64,000 nt of DNA from a bacterium (GTDB lineage Bacteria; ARS69). Positions 19,368-29,468 of the stretch are shown here, one piece after another. The position numbers and the translations under genes were made by a program. The notes beneath the pieces were generated by a model. That model did not search any database. It worked only from the letters and a program-made list of their open reading frames with translations, and was not told the origin of the DNA. Numbering within the stretch: the first letter of the stretch is position 1; every line of letters starts with the position of its first letter. The DNA is taken from contig JAWKKG010000002.1 of the NCBI GenBank assembly GCA_041393395.1, positions 759,620 through 823,619 on the forward strand. Direction: 5' to 3'.

Positions 19368-21725
19368 ATGCTTGGAATCGATCGAGCACCTCTTCTCGCC
19401 GTCCTTCGAGGATCGATGCTGCCGATGTCCGGATCTCCGCGTGTGCCGGGCCGAACGAGTCGTTCCGTTCCGGAGCGTCTCCGAGCCGTCACCGCTCTCC
19501 TGTCTACTTCGCGTGTCGCTCCGGCGCCGATTCGCGTGGCCCTGCTCGGGGCGGCGCTGGCCGGTGCGGCGATCCCGTCCGTCGGTCGGGCGGCGTTCGT
19601 CGACGTCACCGCGACCGACACCGGGCCGGCACTGGTCGGCGTGACCTACGGCCTCGGCTGGCGGGATTTCGATCTCGACGGAGATCCCGATGCGTTCGTC
19701 TGCCGCCACTACCTGCGCCCGGTCGTGTTCCGGAACGGGGGCGACGGGACGATCGCGTACCCGTTCTTCCCGCAGTTGTTCGACTCGCCCGACGATCACC
19801 ACGGCGGACTCATCGCGGACTTCGATCAGGACGGGGACCCGGACATCTATCTCACCGGGGGCGCGGACGCCGGTGCGAGCACCGTGCCCAAGAAGATGTA
19901 CCGCAACGACGGCAACTTCCAGTTCCGGGACGTGGCGCCCGCGTGGGGGCTCGCCGATTCACTCGCTCGGGGCCGCGCCTCCTCGGCGATGGACGTCGAC
20001 GCCGACGGCGACGTGGACCTCTTCATCGCGAAGGCGTCGCGGGTCGCGTCGCCGAACTCGCTGTTCCTGAACGACGGGAACCAGAACTTCACCGACGTCG
20101 CGGCGGCGGCGGGCGTCGCCGACGATTTCGGGTGCGTCGGCGGCATCTGGGCCGACTACGATCGCGATGGCGATCCGGATCTCCTGATCGGGGGCGAGGA
20201 GGAGTTCACGTTCGAGACGCGCCTCTACCGCAACGACGGTTCGCTGACGTTCACGAACGTCACGTCGACCGCGCTGCCGGGGATCGGTCAGATCGCGGCG
20301 GCCGCGTTCGGCGACTACGACAACGACGGGGACCTCGATCTCGCGGCCGGCCTCGGCGATCGTGGCCTGTTCGACGGCATGCTGTGGAGCGCCGATTCGC
20401 TGTACTTCTTCTTCAACACGCAGCACGGCGACAACGGCCTCGACGGGATCGCCTTCACGCAGACGGGCGACAGCGCGACATACAACCTCGCGCTCGACGG
20501 CTTCTTCCAGCCGGACTCGATCTGGATCTCGGAGGCCGCCTTCCACCCGCAGTTCAGTCCGTTCACGCTCCCGTTCGAGATCTTCAACGCGCCTCCGTTC
20601 GATCCCGGCGTCTCGACCGGGTTCTACCTCTGGACGAGTCCGTCCCTGCAGACCTGGCAGATGCGATGCAGCGCGCCCCCGGAGGGTCAGACCAGCTTCG
20701 CCGGAGTGATCCGGACGAACGGCACGATCACGGCGGCGTCGCTGGTCGGGTCCGAACCGTTCACGCAGGGTCCGCGCGGAACGCGACTGTGGAGGAACGA
20801 CGGCGGCGTGTTCACGGACGTGACGATCGCCGCGGGCATCACCGACACGACGAACGTCCACCAGCTCGTCTGGGTCGATCTCGATCAGGACGGACGGCTG
20901 GATCTCTACGCGCTGAACAAGGGAGACACGGCGAACCTGAACCTCCCGGACGTCTTCTACCGGAATCTCGGGGGGGGAGTCTTCGTGGACGCGACCGCGG
21001 CCATGAATCTCGCGGGGCCGAGTCTCGGCCTCGGGGACGCCTGCGCGTTCGAAGACTACGATCTGGATCAGGATCTCGATCTGATGCTCACGTGCGGCAC
21101 CGGCCCGCGCTTCATCGCCGGCATGGACCGACTGCGGGTCTACCGGAACGACGGACCGACGGGAAACGCGTTGCGGGTCCGCCTGCAGGGCGTGTACTCG
21201 ACCCGCGACGGCTACGGCGCGTGGGTCACCTGCGTGTCCGGCGTCGCCGGCCGTCAGGTGCGCTATGTCACCGGCAACAACTGGCGCGGCCAGCAGGAGA
21301 TGCTCGACTCCTGGTTCGGTCTCGGGCCGGACGCCGTGGCCGACACGGTGCGTGTCGAGTGGCCTTCGGGGGCGATCAACGTGCTGACGGATGTCTCCGC
21401 CGGCGAGATCTCCGTCGTGGAGAATCACCCGCTGACCGAGGCGCCGGTCGTGACTCCCGCCCTGGGGTTCTCGATTCGCGGATTCCCGAACCCGGGCACG
21501 GAGGAGATCCGGTTCCGGGTGCGCGCGCGCGCCGAGCGACCGGCCGACGTCGCCATCTACGATCCCGCCGGGCGCCGCGTCCGGACCGGGACGCTCGCGC
21601 CCGGCGAGGACGAGTTCCCCTGGGACCTGCGTGACGGGAACGGACTGCGCGTGGGCTCCGGCGTGTACTTCGCGCGCGTTCGCGAGGACGGCCGCACCGC
21701 GAGCACGCGGGTCGTCGTTCGCTGA
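19368..21725 (+). CDS. FG-GAP repeat / ASPIC-UnbV (CRTAC1-like) secreted protein with T9SS/FlgD-Ig-like C-terminal domain
   Basis: Repeated DxDGDGDxD and YRNDG Ca-binding FG-GAP motifs. ASPIC/UnbV block (GYGAWVTCVSG..RYVTGNNWRGQQEMLDSWFGLG..VEWPSG). C-terminal ~85 aa beta-sandwich (..DVAIYDPAGRRVRTGTL..GVYFARV..). Start uncertain (ATG 19368, or downstream MLPM/MSG). Upstream part of the track ORF overlaps trpS. Confidence 0.7.
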   Translation: MLGIDRAPLLAVLRGSMLPMSGSPRVPGRTSRSVPERLRAVTALLSTSRVAPAPIRVALLGAALAGAAIPSVGRAAFVDVTATDTGPALVGVTYGLGWRDFDLDGDPDAFVCRHYLRPVVFRNGGDGTIAYPFFPQLFDSPDDHHGGLIADFDQDGDPDIYLTGGADAGASTVPKKMYRNDGNFQFRDVAPAWGLADSLARGRASSAMDVDADGDVDLFIAKASRVASPNSLFLNDGNQNFTDVAAAAGVADDFGCVGGIWADYDRDGDPDLLIGGEEEFTFETRLYRNDGSLTFTNVTSTALPGIGQIAAAAFGDYDNDGDLDLAAGLGDRGLFDGMLWSADSLYFFFNTQHGDNGLDGIAFTQTGDSATYNLALDGFFQPDSIWISEAAFHPQFSPFTLPFEIFNAPPFDPGVSTGFYLWTSPSLQTWQMRCSAPPEGQTSFAGVIRTNGTITAASLVGSEPFTQGPRGTRLWRNDGGVFTDVTIAAGITDTTNVHQLVWVDLDQDGRLDLYALNKGDTANLNLPDVFYRNLGGGVFVDATAAMNLAGPSLGLGDACAFEDYDLDQDLDLMLTCGTGPRFIAGMDRLRVYRNDGPTGNALRVRLQGVYSTRDGYGAWVTCVSGVAGRQVRYVTGNNWRGQQEMLDSWFGLGPDAVADTVRVEWPSGAINVLTDVSAGEISVVENHPLTEAPVVTPALGFSIRGFPNPGTEEIRFRVRARAERPADVAIYDPAGRRVRTGTLAPGEDEFPWDLRDGNGLRVGSGVYFARVREDGRTASTRVVVR

Positions 21726-21762
21726 CGAACGCCGCTCGTCTTCTCGGGCGTGAGACCGCCGA

Positions 21763-23349
21763 CTAGAACTCGTCCGCTCCGAGATCGAACTGGGTCGGCA
21801 CGCTCGGGCGTCGATCCCCGTCGATGTCCTCGAGGTCCGGACCGTAGCGCGCGTCGGCGAGATTGTAGTCGCCCGCATCCTTCGCCGGGTTCGGCTCGCC
21901 GCCCGCGAGCGGATGGACGAGGTGGTAGTCGCCCTGCGGCGCGTTCACCAGGAGCTGCAGCGCGGACTGCCCGGTCAGCAGCCGGTTCAGGATCACGGAC
22001 TCCGGGCCGCGGTTCGCCGAGGAGTTGATCCGCTGGTGGTTGTTGAGCTCGGACTCCGTCGAGGGGTTCCCGAGCTCCGTCGGGTTGCCCGAGAGATCGT
22101 AGTCGTCCGGATGGTTCCGGTACGGCGGGACGCCCACCGAGACCAGCAGGTTGCCCTCGAAGTACGAAGGATCCGCGTCCGGGTCCTCTTCGATCGCGGC
22201 GTAGCGCTGTCCGGAACCCTGCGTGAACAGGATGTTGCCGCCGATCGCGGGGGCGGCGCCGGAGAACATCCGCACGCAGGCGGCGGTGAGGCCGGTGCCC
22301 GCCTGCTGGATCTGCGCCGAGATCGTGTTCAGCCCGAGACGGACCGAACCCGTGGAGGCGACGCGCACGCCCGACGACACGCTGAACGCGCGACCGCCGT
22401 CGATGAAGCAGCTCGTGGCGAGCAGGGCCGAGGAATCGTCGACGCGGATGCCGGCGGTCTCCGTGTGGACGGTTCCTCCGGCGATCGGGCGCCCCCCCGA
22501 GATCCGACAACCGCGCAACGTCACGTCGGCCGTGCCCTGGATGCGGAGGCCGGTTCCGCTGACGCCGTCGCGTCCGTTCAGGTAGCAGCTCTCGAGGTGG
22601 GCGGGACTGTTCTCGATGATGCCCGCGACGTCGCCGCCGTTGCGCGCGTCGAACTCCACGAACGTGATCAAAGACGTTCCCTGGGCCGCGTTTCGGATCT
22701 GCAGCGGAGACTCGCCGGTGGGGCGGATCGTCGAGCGGAAGCGATCCGAATCCTCGAAGAACGTGGCCGGATCGAGTGCGCCCGCCACGCTGCGCGGCGC
22801 CCCGTCGATCACGAGCGGCTCGTCGTAGTCGCCACCGGCCAGGAAGATCGCGCCGCCGCCCTGCGTGCGCAGGAGCGCCTCCCCGAGGGACGCGATCGGA
22901 TGGTCCGGCCCGACGCCCGTGTCGGAGTCGTCGCCGGAGAGGGGATCGACGAACACGGCGGCCGGATAGGAGACCGTGACCGTGGCTGTAGCCTCCGACG
23001 TGCCCCATTCGTTGCTCGCGAGCAGCGTGTAGGTCACGTCGCGGTGGGGACGGATCGATACGGCGCCGTCCACGACGTCGTCCAGCTCCCCGATGGCCGG
23101 CACTTCCGGCTCGTCCCGCGTGATGGCGGCCACGTCCGCGCCGTCGATGCGCCAGCGGAGACGCGTGAAGTCGCCGTGCAGGAGGGCGGGGCTCTCGGCC
23201 AGGAAGATCTCGATGCGCGGGGGCTCCTGCGGCTCGGGATCCGGGCCGGTGCCGGGGTCGGAGTCGCCGCAGCCGGAGGTCAGGACGAGGGCGAGGAGGG
23301 TCGAGAGAAGAAGAGCCGGTCTCGTCGGTGGGAGCATGGGATTCGCCAC
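21763..23349 (-). CDS. probable lipoprotein with right-handed parallel beta-helix repeats
   Basis: Signal peptide ending ..LVLTSGCGDS. Repeated Gly/Thr/Ser-rich beta-helix rungs (..GTADVTLRGCRISGG..IRVDDSSALLATSCFIDGG..). No catalytic assignment possible. Confidence 0.6.
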   Translation of the reverse strand: MANPMLPPTRPALLLSTLLALVLTSGCGDSDPGTGPDPEPQEPPRIEIFLAESPALLHGDFTRLRWRIDGADVAAITRDEPEVPAIGELDDVVDGAVSIRPHRDVTYTLLASNEWGTSEATATVTVSYPAAVFVDPLSGDDSDTGVGPDHPIASLGEALLRTQGGGAIFLAGGDYDEPLVIDGAPRSVAGALDPATFFEDSDRFRSTIRPTGESPLQIRNAAQGTSLITFVEFDARNGGDVAGIIENSPAHLESCYLNGRDGVSGTGLRIQGTADVTLRGCRISGGRPIAGGTVHTETAGIRVDDSSALLATSCFIDGGRAFSVSSGVRVASTGSVRLGLNTISAQIQQAGTGLTAACVRMFSGAAPAIGGNILFTQGSGQRYAAIEEDPDADPSYFEGNLLVSVGVPPYRNHPDDYDLSGNPTELGNPSTESELNNHQRINSSANRGPESVILNRLLTGQSALQLLVNAPQGDYHLVHPLAGGEPNPAKDAGDYNLADARYGPDLEDIDGDRRPSVPTQFDLGADEF

Positions 23350-23614
23350 TCCGGGAACTCGGGAGGTTGGTCTCGACGTTCGCCCGGACGGCCCCTCCCG
23401 GCGGGGACGCGGGTGGCGGGACGGCGGGGCTGGGCGAATCGTCGCAAGGGATTGCTAATCGGGAATATACGATCCGAAAGCCGGAGTCGCCACCCGGAGC
23501 CGGGGATTCGCGTCCCGACGCTCCGGCTGCTAGAATGGGGGCGCCCCGTGTCCGGGCCGCCTCTGGGCGGCGTAACCGTCTCGACGCCTCCGTCACGCGC
23601 CTACGAGGAGAATC

Positions 23615-25930
23615 ATGGTCCTGCTCCGCAATCTTGCCCTCGCCGCCTCGTTCGCCCTCCTGTCGTTCGCCGGCGCTGCGGCCCTCACGTCGGACGAGGC
23701 CGCGGCCGAGCTGCGGGACCCGAACCTCGTGCTGCTCCGGAACGCGCGCATCGACGTGACGGCGCCCGCCCCGGCGGCGCCGGCCGATCTGGCGCTGTCG
23801 CCCGCGGAGCTGCGGGCGAACCGCCACTGGATCGTGCAGGTCTCGACCCCGGCGCCGGCCCAGATGCGGGGCACGCTCGCCGGGTACGGTGCGGAGATCC
23901 TCTCGTACGTTCCGAATCGCGCGTACGTCGTGCGTGCGGACGCCGGCGTCGCCGACGCGCTCCGGGCGGATCCCGGCGTGCGCTGGGTCGGCGCCTGGCG
24001 CCCCGACTACAAGCTCGAAGCGGGCATCGGCACCCGGACGTTCACGGATCCCGAGCGACCGAGCGCGCCCGGCGAGGTGCTGCTCGTGCTCTGCGCGTTC
24101 CCCGGCGAGGACCTCGCGTCACTCGCGCAGCGGGTCCGCGCCGCCGGCGCGGAGGTGCTGGAGACGCAGACCGCGCGGGAGCGTCTCATCGCGCGGGGTG
24201 CGCGCGGGATCGAGCGCGCGCTCGCGCGCATCGACGGCTTCTCCTGGATCGAGGAGGCGCCCGAGCTCACCCACCGGAACAACACCACCCGCTGGGTCGC
24301 GCAGTCGAACGTCGCGAACTACACGCCGATCTGGGACGCGGGTCTGCACGGCGAAGGACAGATCGTGGGACACATCGACGGCGCGATCCGCGAGTCGAGC
24401 TGCTACTTCGACGACACCGTCCCGCCGGGCCCCACGCACCGGAAGATCATCGCCTACCGCGGCACGGAGTCGAGCTCCTCGCACGGAACGCACACGGCCG
24501 GCACGGTGGCGGGTCTCAACCCCGGCACGCTGAACTTCGCCGGACACGCGTACGAGGCGAAGATCTCCCACACGCGTGACAACCTGATCACGGGCTTCGG
24601 GAACGGCACGTCCAATCTCTACACCTACCTCGAGTTCGCGAACGGGGACGACGCGCACGTCCACACGAACAGCTGGGGCGACGACGGCCGCACCACGTAC
24701 ACCACCTGGTGCGCGGACATCGACGCCTTCTCGCGCGACTACGAGGACGACCTCGTGCTGTTCGCGGTGACGAACCTCTCCACGCTGAAGACGCCGGAGA
24801 ACGCGAAGAACGTCCTCGCCGTGGGCGGCACGCTGCAGGCGCCGAACCAGGCGAGCCACTGCACCGGCGGGCAGGGACCGACGTCCGACGGGCGGCGCAA
24901 GCCCGAGATCTATCTGCCGGGCTGCAGCATTCTCAGCGCCTCGTCGTCGAGCGCCTGCGCGACCCAGTCGTCGAGCGGCACGTCGATGGCGTGTCCGGCT
25001 GTCGCGGGCAACGCGATCCTCGTGCGGCAGTACTACACCGAGGGCTTCTATCCGAGCGGCGCCGCGAACGCGACCGACGCGCTCGTGCCGAGCGGAGCGC
25101 TGCTGAAGGCCACGCTCCTGAACGGCACCGAGGACATGACGGGAGTCACCGGCTATCCCTCGAACCGCGAGGGCTGGGGACGGCTGAATCTCGATCAGGC
25201 GCTGTACCTGGCGGGCGACACGCGGACGAGCGTCATTCGCGACGTGCGCCACGCCGACGGGCTTTCGACCGGCGGCACCGACGAGTTCGAGATCACCGCC
25301 GACGCCGCGAGCTCCCTCGCGATCACGATGGTGTTCACGGATCAGCCGGCGCTCGTGGGCGCGGCGCTCGCGCCCGTCAACGATCTCGATCTCGAGGTCG
25401 AGGGCCCCGACGGTCTGTTCCTCGGGAACGTGTTCGCGGCCGGGTCGTCCACGACCGGCGGCTCGGCCGACAACCTGAACAACGTCGAGCGGGTGGTCCT
25501 GCCGGCCGGCGGGTTCACCAGCGGCACGTGGACGATCCGCGTGCGCGGCGCCGCGGTCCCGGACGGACCGCAGGGCTACGCGATCCACGTGGCCGGAGAG
25601 GTCACCGAGGCCGGCGGGCCGGTGGGCGTGGAGCTCGCGGCGGCCGACGCGAGCGAGTTCCGCCTCGGGCAGAACCGACCGAACCCCTTCGATGCGCAGA
25701 CCACGATCCGTTTCGCGGTGCCGCGAGCGAACGAGATCTCGCTCGAAGTGTTCGACATCACCGGGCGCCGCGTGCAGTCTCTCGTGCATACCGTGATGCA
25801 GCCCGGCGAGTACACCGTGACCTGGGACGGCCGGGATGCGCGGGGCGAGCCGGTCGCGGCCGGGATCTACTTCTATCGCCTGGTCGGTCCGACCGAGGAA
25901 GTGACCCGCAAGATGGTCGTCCTGCGCTAG
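23615..25930 (+). CDS. S8-family subtilisin-like serine peptidase with T9SS/FlgD-Ig-like C-terminal domain (paralog A)
   Basis: Signal peptide. Catalytic Asp (VGHIDGAI), His (SHGTHTAGT) and Ser (SGTSMACPAVAG). C-terminal ~85 aa (NPFDAQTTIRFAVPRANEISLEVFDITGRRV..GEYTVTWDGRD..GIYFYRL). Confidence 0.85.
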   Translation: MVLLRNLALAASFALLSFAGAAALTSDEAAAELRDPNLVLLRNARIDVTAPAPAAPADLALSPAELRANRHWIVQVSTPAPAQMRGTLAGYGAEILSYVPNRAYVVRADAGVADALRADPGVRWVGAWRPDYKLEAGIGTRTFTDPERPSAPGEVLLVLCAFPGEDLASLAQRVRAAGAEVLETQTARERLIARGARGIERALARIDGFSWIEEAPELTHRNNTTRWVAQSNVANYTPIWDAGLHGEGQIVGHIDGAIRESSCYFDDTVPPGPTHRKIIAYRGTESSSSHGTHTAGTVAGLNPGTLNFAGHAYEAKISHTRDNLITGFGNGTSNLYTYLEFANGDDAHVHTNSWGDDGRTTYTTWCADIDAFSRDYEDDLVLFAVTNLSTLKTPENAKNVLAVGGTLQAPNQASHCTGGQGPTSDGRRKPEIYLPGCSILSASSSSACATQSSSGTSMACPAVAGNAILVRQYYTEGFYPSGAANATDALVPSGALLKATLLNGTEDMTGVTGYPSNREGWGRLNLDQALYLAGDTRTSVIRDVRHADGLSTGGTDEFEITADAASSLAITMVFTDQPALVGAALAPVNDLDLEVEGPDGLFLGNVFAAGSSTTGGSADNLNNVERVVLPAGGFTSGTWTIRVRGAAVPDGPQGYAIHVAGEVTEAGGPVGVELAAADASEFRLGQNRPNPFDAQTTIRFAVPRANEISLEVFDITGRRVQSLVHTVMQPGEYTVTWDGRDARGEPVAAGIYFYRLVGPTEEVTRKMVVLR

Positions 25931-25994
25931 CCCGCGCCCGACGAACGGAAGACCGGAGCGGAGTCCGAGGAACAATCCGAGGAGCGGAAACGAA

Positions 25995-28316
25995 GTGTCC
26001 TCCATGAAGACTGTCTCGCTGGCGGGAGTCCTCCTCGCGGTGGCGGCCGCGTCGACGTACGCGCTCGATCTGGGCGATGGGCTGGTTCACCTGCGGGTGG
26101 AGACCTGGAACGGTCGGGCGGGTCCGTCGGGGCAGGCCCCCGCGGGCTGGCCGGCTTCGTCCTTCCGCGCGCCGGCCGCCGCGTCCACGATCCTGCCCTG
26201 GGTGGTGGTGACGGAAGGGCCTTCGGATCGGACGATCCGGGAGTCGATCGAGCGCGACGGACGGACGATCGAGGGCGCCCTGCCCTCGAATGCGTGGATC
26301 GTGCGCGGGACGGTCGCGGCGATGGACGCACTGACGGGAACGCCGGGTGTGGTGCGGGTGGAGTCGTACCGGGACTACTGGAAGGTGGATCCGGATCTGG
26401 ACCGAGAGGCGCCGGAGCAGGTGCTGCAGGTCGAGATCTATCGCGACGCCGACGCGGGGACCGCGGCGGCGGCGGTCGCGTCGCTCGGCGCGCGCGTGCT
26501 CGCGGTGCAGGATCGCTGGGGCGTGCATCGTGTCGTGGCGCGTGCCGCGGGCGACCTCGTGCCCGCGATCGCCGCGCTCCCGGACGTCGCGTGGATCGAA
26601 GCGCGCGGCACGCTGGTGCAGCGCAACGACGAAGCCCGCTGGGTCGTCCAGTCGAACGTCCCGAACGAGACGCCGCTCTTCGATCACGGGTTGTTCGGGG
26701 CGGGGCAGATCGGCGGCCACATCGACGGCTCTCTCGACACGACGAGCTGCTACTTCCGGGATCCGGATCATCCGATCGGTCCCACGCACCGCAAGCTCGT
26801 GGCATGGCGCTACGACTCCGGCACCACCGCGGACACGCACGGCACGCACACGGCCGGCACGCTGGCGGGGGAGAACGTCGATCCGCTCGCGCCCGAGAAC
26901 CGCGGTCAGGCGCCCAAGGCGCGAATCTCGCACACGGACTGGCGCGTGCTCGATGGCGACGAGTGGAACGGCCAGCCATCGAACGTGGTGGAGCTGTTCA
27001 CGCTGGCTCACGACGACGGCGCGCGCGTCCACACGAACAGCTGGGGCGATGATGCACGCACGTCGTACACGACCTGGTGCCGCGACATCGACGCCTTCTC
27101 GCGCGACCACGAGGAGGACCTCGTGGTGTTCGCGTCCACGAACCTGTCCACGCTCCGGTCGCCCGAGAATGCGAAGAACTGCCTCGCCGTCGGAGCCACC
27201 CAGCACTCGCCGAACCAGGACTTCAAGGCGTTCGGGGGCGCCGGTCCCACGATCGACGGGCGCCGCAAGCCGGAGGTGTTCGCGCCGGGTCAGAGCACGC
27301 GCTCGACCGGGGTCGGCGCCTGCGCCACTGCGTTGAGCAGCGGCACGAGCATGGCGAGTCCGGCGATCGCCGGCATGGGACTCCTGATTCGCGAGTACTT
27401 CGTGCGCGGCTTCTATCCGAACGGTCGACCGGTGGCCGCGAACGCCTACGTGCCCACGGGCGCGCTGGTGAAGGCGATCCTCGTGAACTCCACCGTGGAC
27501 ATGACCGGGATCGCGAACTATCCGAGCGACGCGGAGGGCTGGGGGCGCATCCTCGTGGACGACGCGCTGTACTTCCCGGGCGATACCCGTCGCCTCTGGC
27601 TGCGCGACGTGCGGCACGCGAACGGCCTGGAGACCGGCAACGTGCGTTCCTGGGAGGTGCACGTCGAGGGGAGTGACGAGCCGCTCGCCGTCACGCTCGC
27701 GTTCATGGATGTGCCGGCGGCCGTCGGTGCGTCGGTCGCCTCGGTCAACGATCTCGATCTCGAGGTGGAGGGTCCGGACGGCCTGTTCCGCGGCAACGTG
27801 TTCGATGCGGTCGCCGGACAGTCGATCACCGGCGGGGGGCGCGATCCCAAGAACAACGTCGAGCGGGTCGTGTTGCCGGCGCCGTCGCCCGGTACGTGGA
27901 CGGTGCGCGTGCGCGGCACCTCGGTCCCGCAGGGTCCGCAGGGCTTCGCCGTCGTGGTGAACGGAGATCTGCGCGCGCGGACCTTCGTCTCCGCCGAGGC
28001 GCCGGACGACGGCCCGCGCGGCGGCGAGGTCACGGTGGCGGAGTCGCGTCTCGACGCCTTCCGCCCGAATCCGTTCTCGCAGAACGCCGATCTCGTGTTC
28101 GCGGTGCCGAACCGCGTGCCCGTCTCGCTCGTGGTGTACGACGTGTCGGGGCGCCGCGTCCGCGAGCTCGTGGATCGCACGGTGGGCGCGGGCGAGTACC
28201 GCGTGGCGTGGGATGGCCGGGACGAGAGCGGTCGCGCCGTCGCGCCGGGAATGTACTTCGCCCGGCTGACCGGGCCCGGTTTCGAGCACACCGTCCGCGG
28301 AGTGCGTCTCCGTTGA
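25995..28316 (+). CDS. S8-family subtilisin-like serine peptidase with T9SS/FlgD-Ig-like C-terminal domain (paralog B)
   Basis: Same architecture as paralog A (GGHIDGSL / THGTHTAGT / SGTSMASPAIAG). C-terminal domain (NPFSQNADLVFAVPNRVPVSLVVYDVSGRRV..GEYRVAWDGRD..GMYFARL). Long stretches of near-identical nucleotide sequence with paralog A (e.g. around 24650-24810 vs 27040-27200). Confidence 0.85.
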   Translation: MSSMKTVSLAGVLLAVAAASTYALDLGDGLVHLRVETWNGRAGPSGQAPAGWPASSFRAPAAASTILPWVVVTEGPSDRTIRESIERDGRTIEGALPSNAWIVRGTVAAMDALTGTPGVVRVESYRDYWKVDPDLDREAPEQVLQVEIYRDADAGTAAAAVASLGARVLAVQDRWGVHRVVARAAGDLVPAIAALPDVAWIEARGTLVQRNDEARWVVQSNVPNETPLFDHGLFGAGQIGGHIDGSLDTTSCYFRDPDHPIGPTHRKLVAWRYDSGTTADTHGTHTAGTLAGENVDPLAPENRGQAPKARISHTDWRVLDGDEWNGQPSNVVELFTLAHDDGARVHTNSWGDDARTSYTTWCRDIDAFSRDHEEDLVVFASTNLSTLRSPENAKNCLAVGATQHSPNQDFKAFGGAGPTIDGRRKPEVFAPGQSTRSTGVGACATALSSGTSMASPAIAGMGLLIREYFVRGFYPNGRPVAANAYVPTGALVKAILVNSTVDMTGIANYPSDAEGWGRILVDDALYFPGDTRRLWLRDVRHANGLETGNVRSWEVHVEGSDEPLAVTLAFMDVPAAVGASVASVNDLDLEVEGPDGLFRGNVFDAVAGQSITGGGRDPKNNVERVVLPAPSPGTWTVRVRGTSVPQGPQGFAVVVNGDLRARTFVSAEAPDDGPRGGEVTVAESRLDAFRPNPFSQNADLVFAVPNRVPVSLVVYDVSGRRVRELVDRTVGAGEYRVAWDGRDESGRAVAPGMYFARLTGPGFEHTVRGVRLR

Positions 28317-29458
28317 GAACTTTCCGGCGGGCCGACTGGCTCGCGCTGGTGTTCGGGGTCGTCGTGGCGGTCGCGGCCGGCGAGGGCCTGCTCCGACTGT
28401 TCTGGCCGCAGCGATCCGACCTCACGCTCGGGATGTTCCGTGCGGACCCCTGGGCGGGGTACTCGCTGCGACCCGAGTACCGCAACGAAGTGCGACTGCC
28501 CGAGTACCGCACGCGGATCCACGTGGACGGCGACGGCTACCGCGTTCCCGACGACGCGCCGGACGTGGCGCCGGGCGCACCGACGTCGCGTCTGCTCGCG
28601 ATCGGCGACTCCTTCACGTTCGGGGTGGGCGTCGACGCGGAAGACGCGTTCCCCGCGCGCCTGGAGGCGGTTCTCGCCGAGTCCGGGAGCGCGGGCTGGC
28701 ACGTCCGCAACGGCGGGGTGGGCGGATACGGTCCGCTGCGTTCGGCGAAGCTCTTCGAGGGACGTCAGCTCGCCTGGCGTCCCGACGTCGTGGTCCACCT
28801 GCTGTACGTGGGGAACGATCTCCTCGATCCCCGCCCCGAGGACTGGCTCGAGAATCCCGTCGTCCGGGCCGGCCGACTCGTATCGCCGGGCCGCCACCCG
28901 CTCGTGCGCGCGCGGATGTTCCTTCGCACCCACTCTCACTTGTACGCGTTCGTGCGCCAGCACCTCTACCGCTGGTACACGTCCACGCCGTTCGCGCGCG
29001 CGGGTCGCGACCTCGAGCCCATGGGACTCGCGACGTGGCCGACGAGCGTCGTCGAGTCGAGCTGGCCGGCCGGTGTGGGGGCGATCTCCGAGATCCGGGA
29101 CCGGTGCCGGGAGGCGGGCGTCCGCTACGTCGTGGCGATCGCCCCCACGCGGTGGCAGGTCCTGGACGACGACTGGGATCGCTACCGCCGGGCGTGGCGT
29201 CGTCCCGAGGCCGAGTTCGATCGCGACCACGCGACCCGTGAAGTGAGCGCCGCGCTGGACTCGCTCGGCGTCCCGAGCATCGACCTGCTTCCGGCGTTCC
29301 GGGCCGCCGCGGCTCGCGGGGCTCGCCTGTACTACCGCTACGACGCGCACTGGACGGCGGACGGGCACGCTCTCGCCGCGGGAGAGATCGCCGAGGCGCT
29401 CGCCGAGTCCGGCTGGCTGGAGTCGGGTGGGGGCCGACGGGCTCTCGCGGAGCGGTAG
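28313..29458 (+). CDS. SGNH/GDSL-family hydrolase with N-terminal membrane anchor
   Basis: TTG 28313 preceded by GGAG. N-terminal anchor (WLALVFGVVVAVAAG). GDSL block I (LLAIGDSFTFGVG) and block V (YRYDAHWTADGH). Start overlaps the paralog-B stop. Confidence 0.65.
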   Translation: MRTFRRADWLALVFGVVVAVAAGEGLLRLFWPQRSDLTLGMFRADPWAGYSLRPEYRNEVRLPEYRTRIHVDGDGYRVPDDAPDVAPGAPTSRLLAIGDSFTFGVGVDAEDAFPARLEAVLAESGSAGWHVRNGGVGGYGPLRSAKLFEGRQLAWRPDVVVHLLYVGNDLLDPRPEDWLENPVVRAGRLVSPGRHPLVRARMFLRTHSHLYAFVRQHLYRWYTSTPFARAGRDLEPMGLATWPTSVVESSWPAGVGAISEIRDRCREAGVRYVVAIAPTRWQVLDDDWDRYRRAWRRPEAEFDRDHATREVSAALDSLGVPSIDLLPAFRAAAARGARLYYRYDAHWTADGHALAAGEIAEALAESGWLESGGGRRALAER

Positions 29459-29468
29459 TCGCCGCGCG

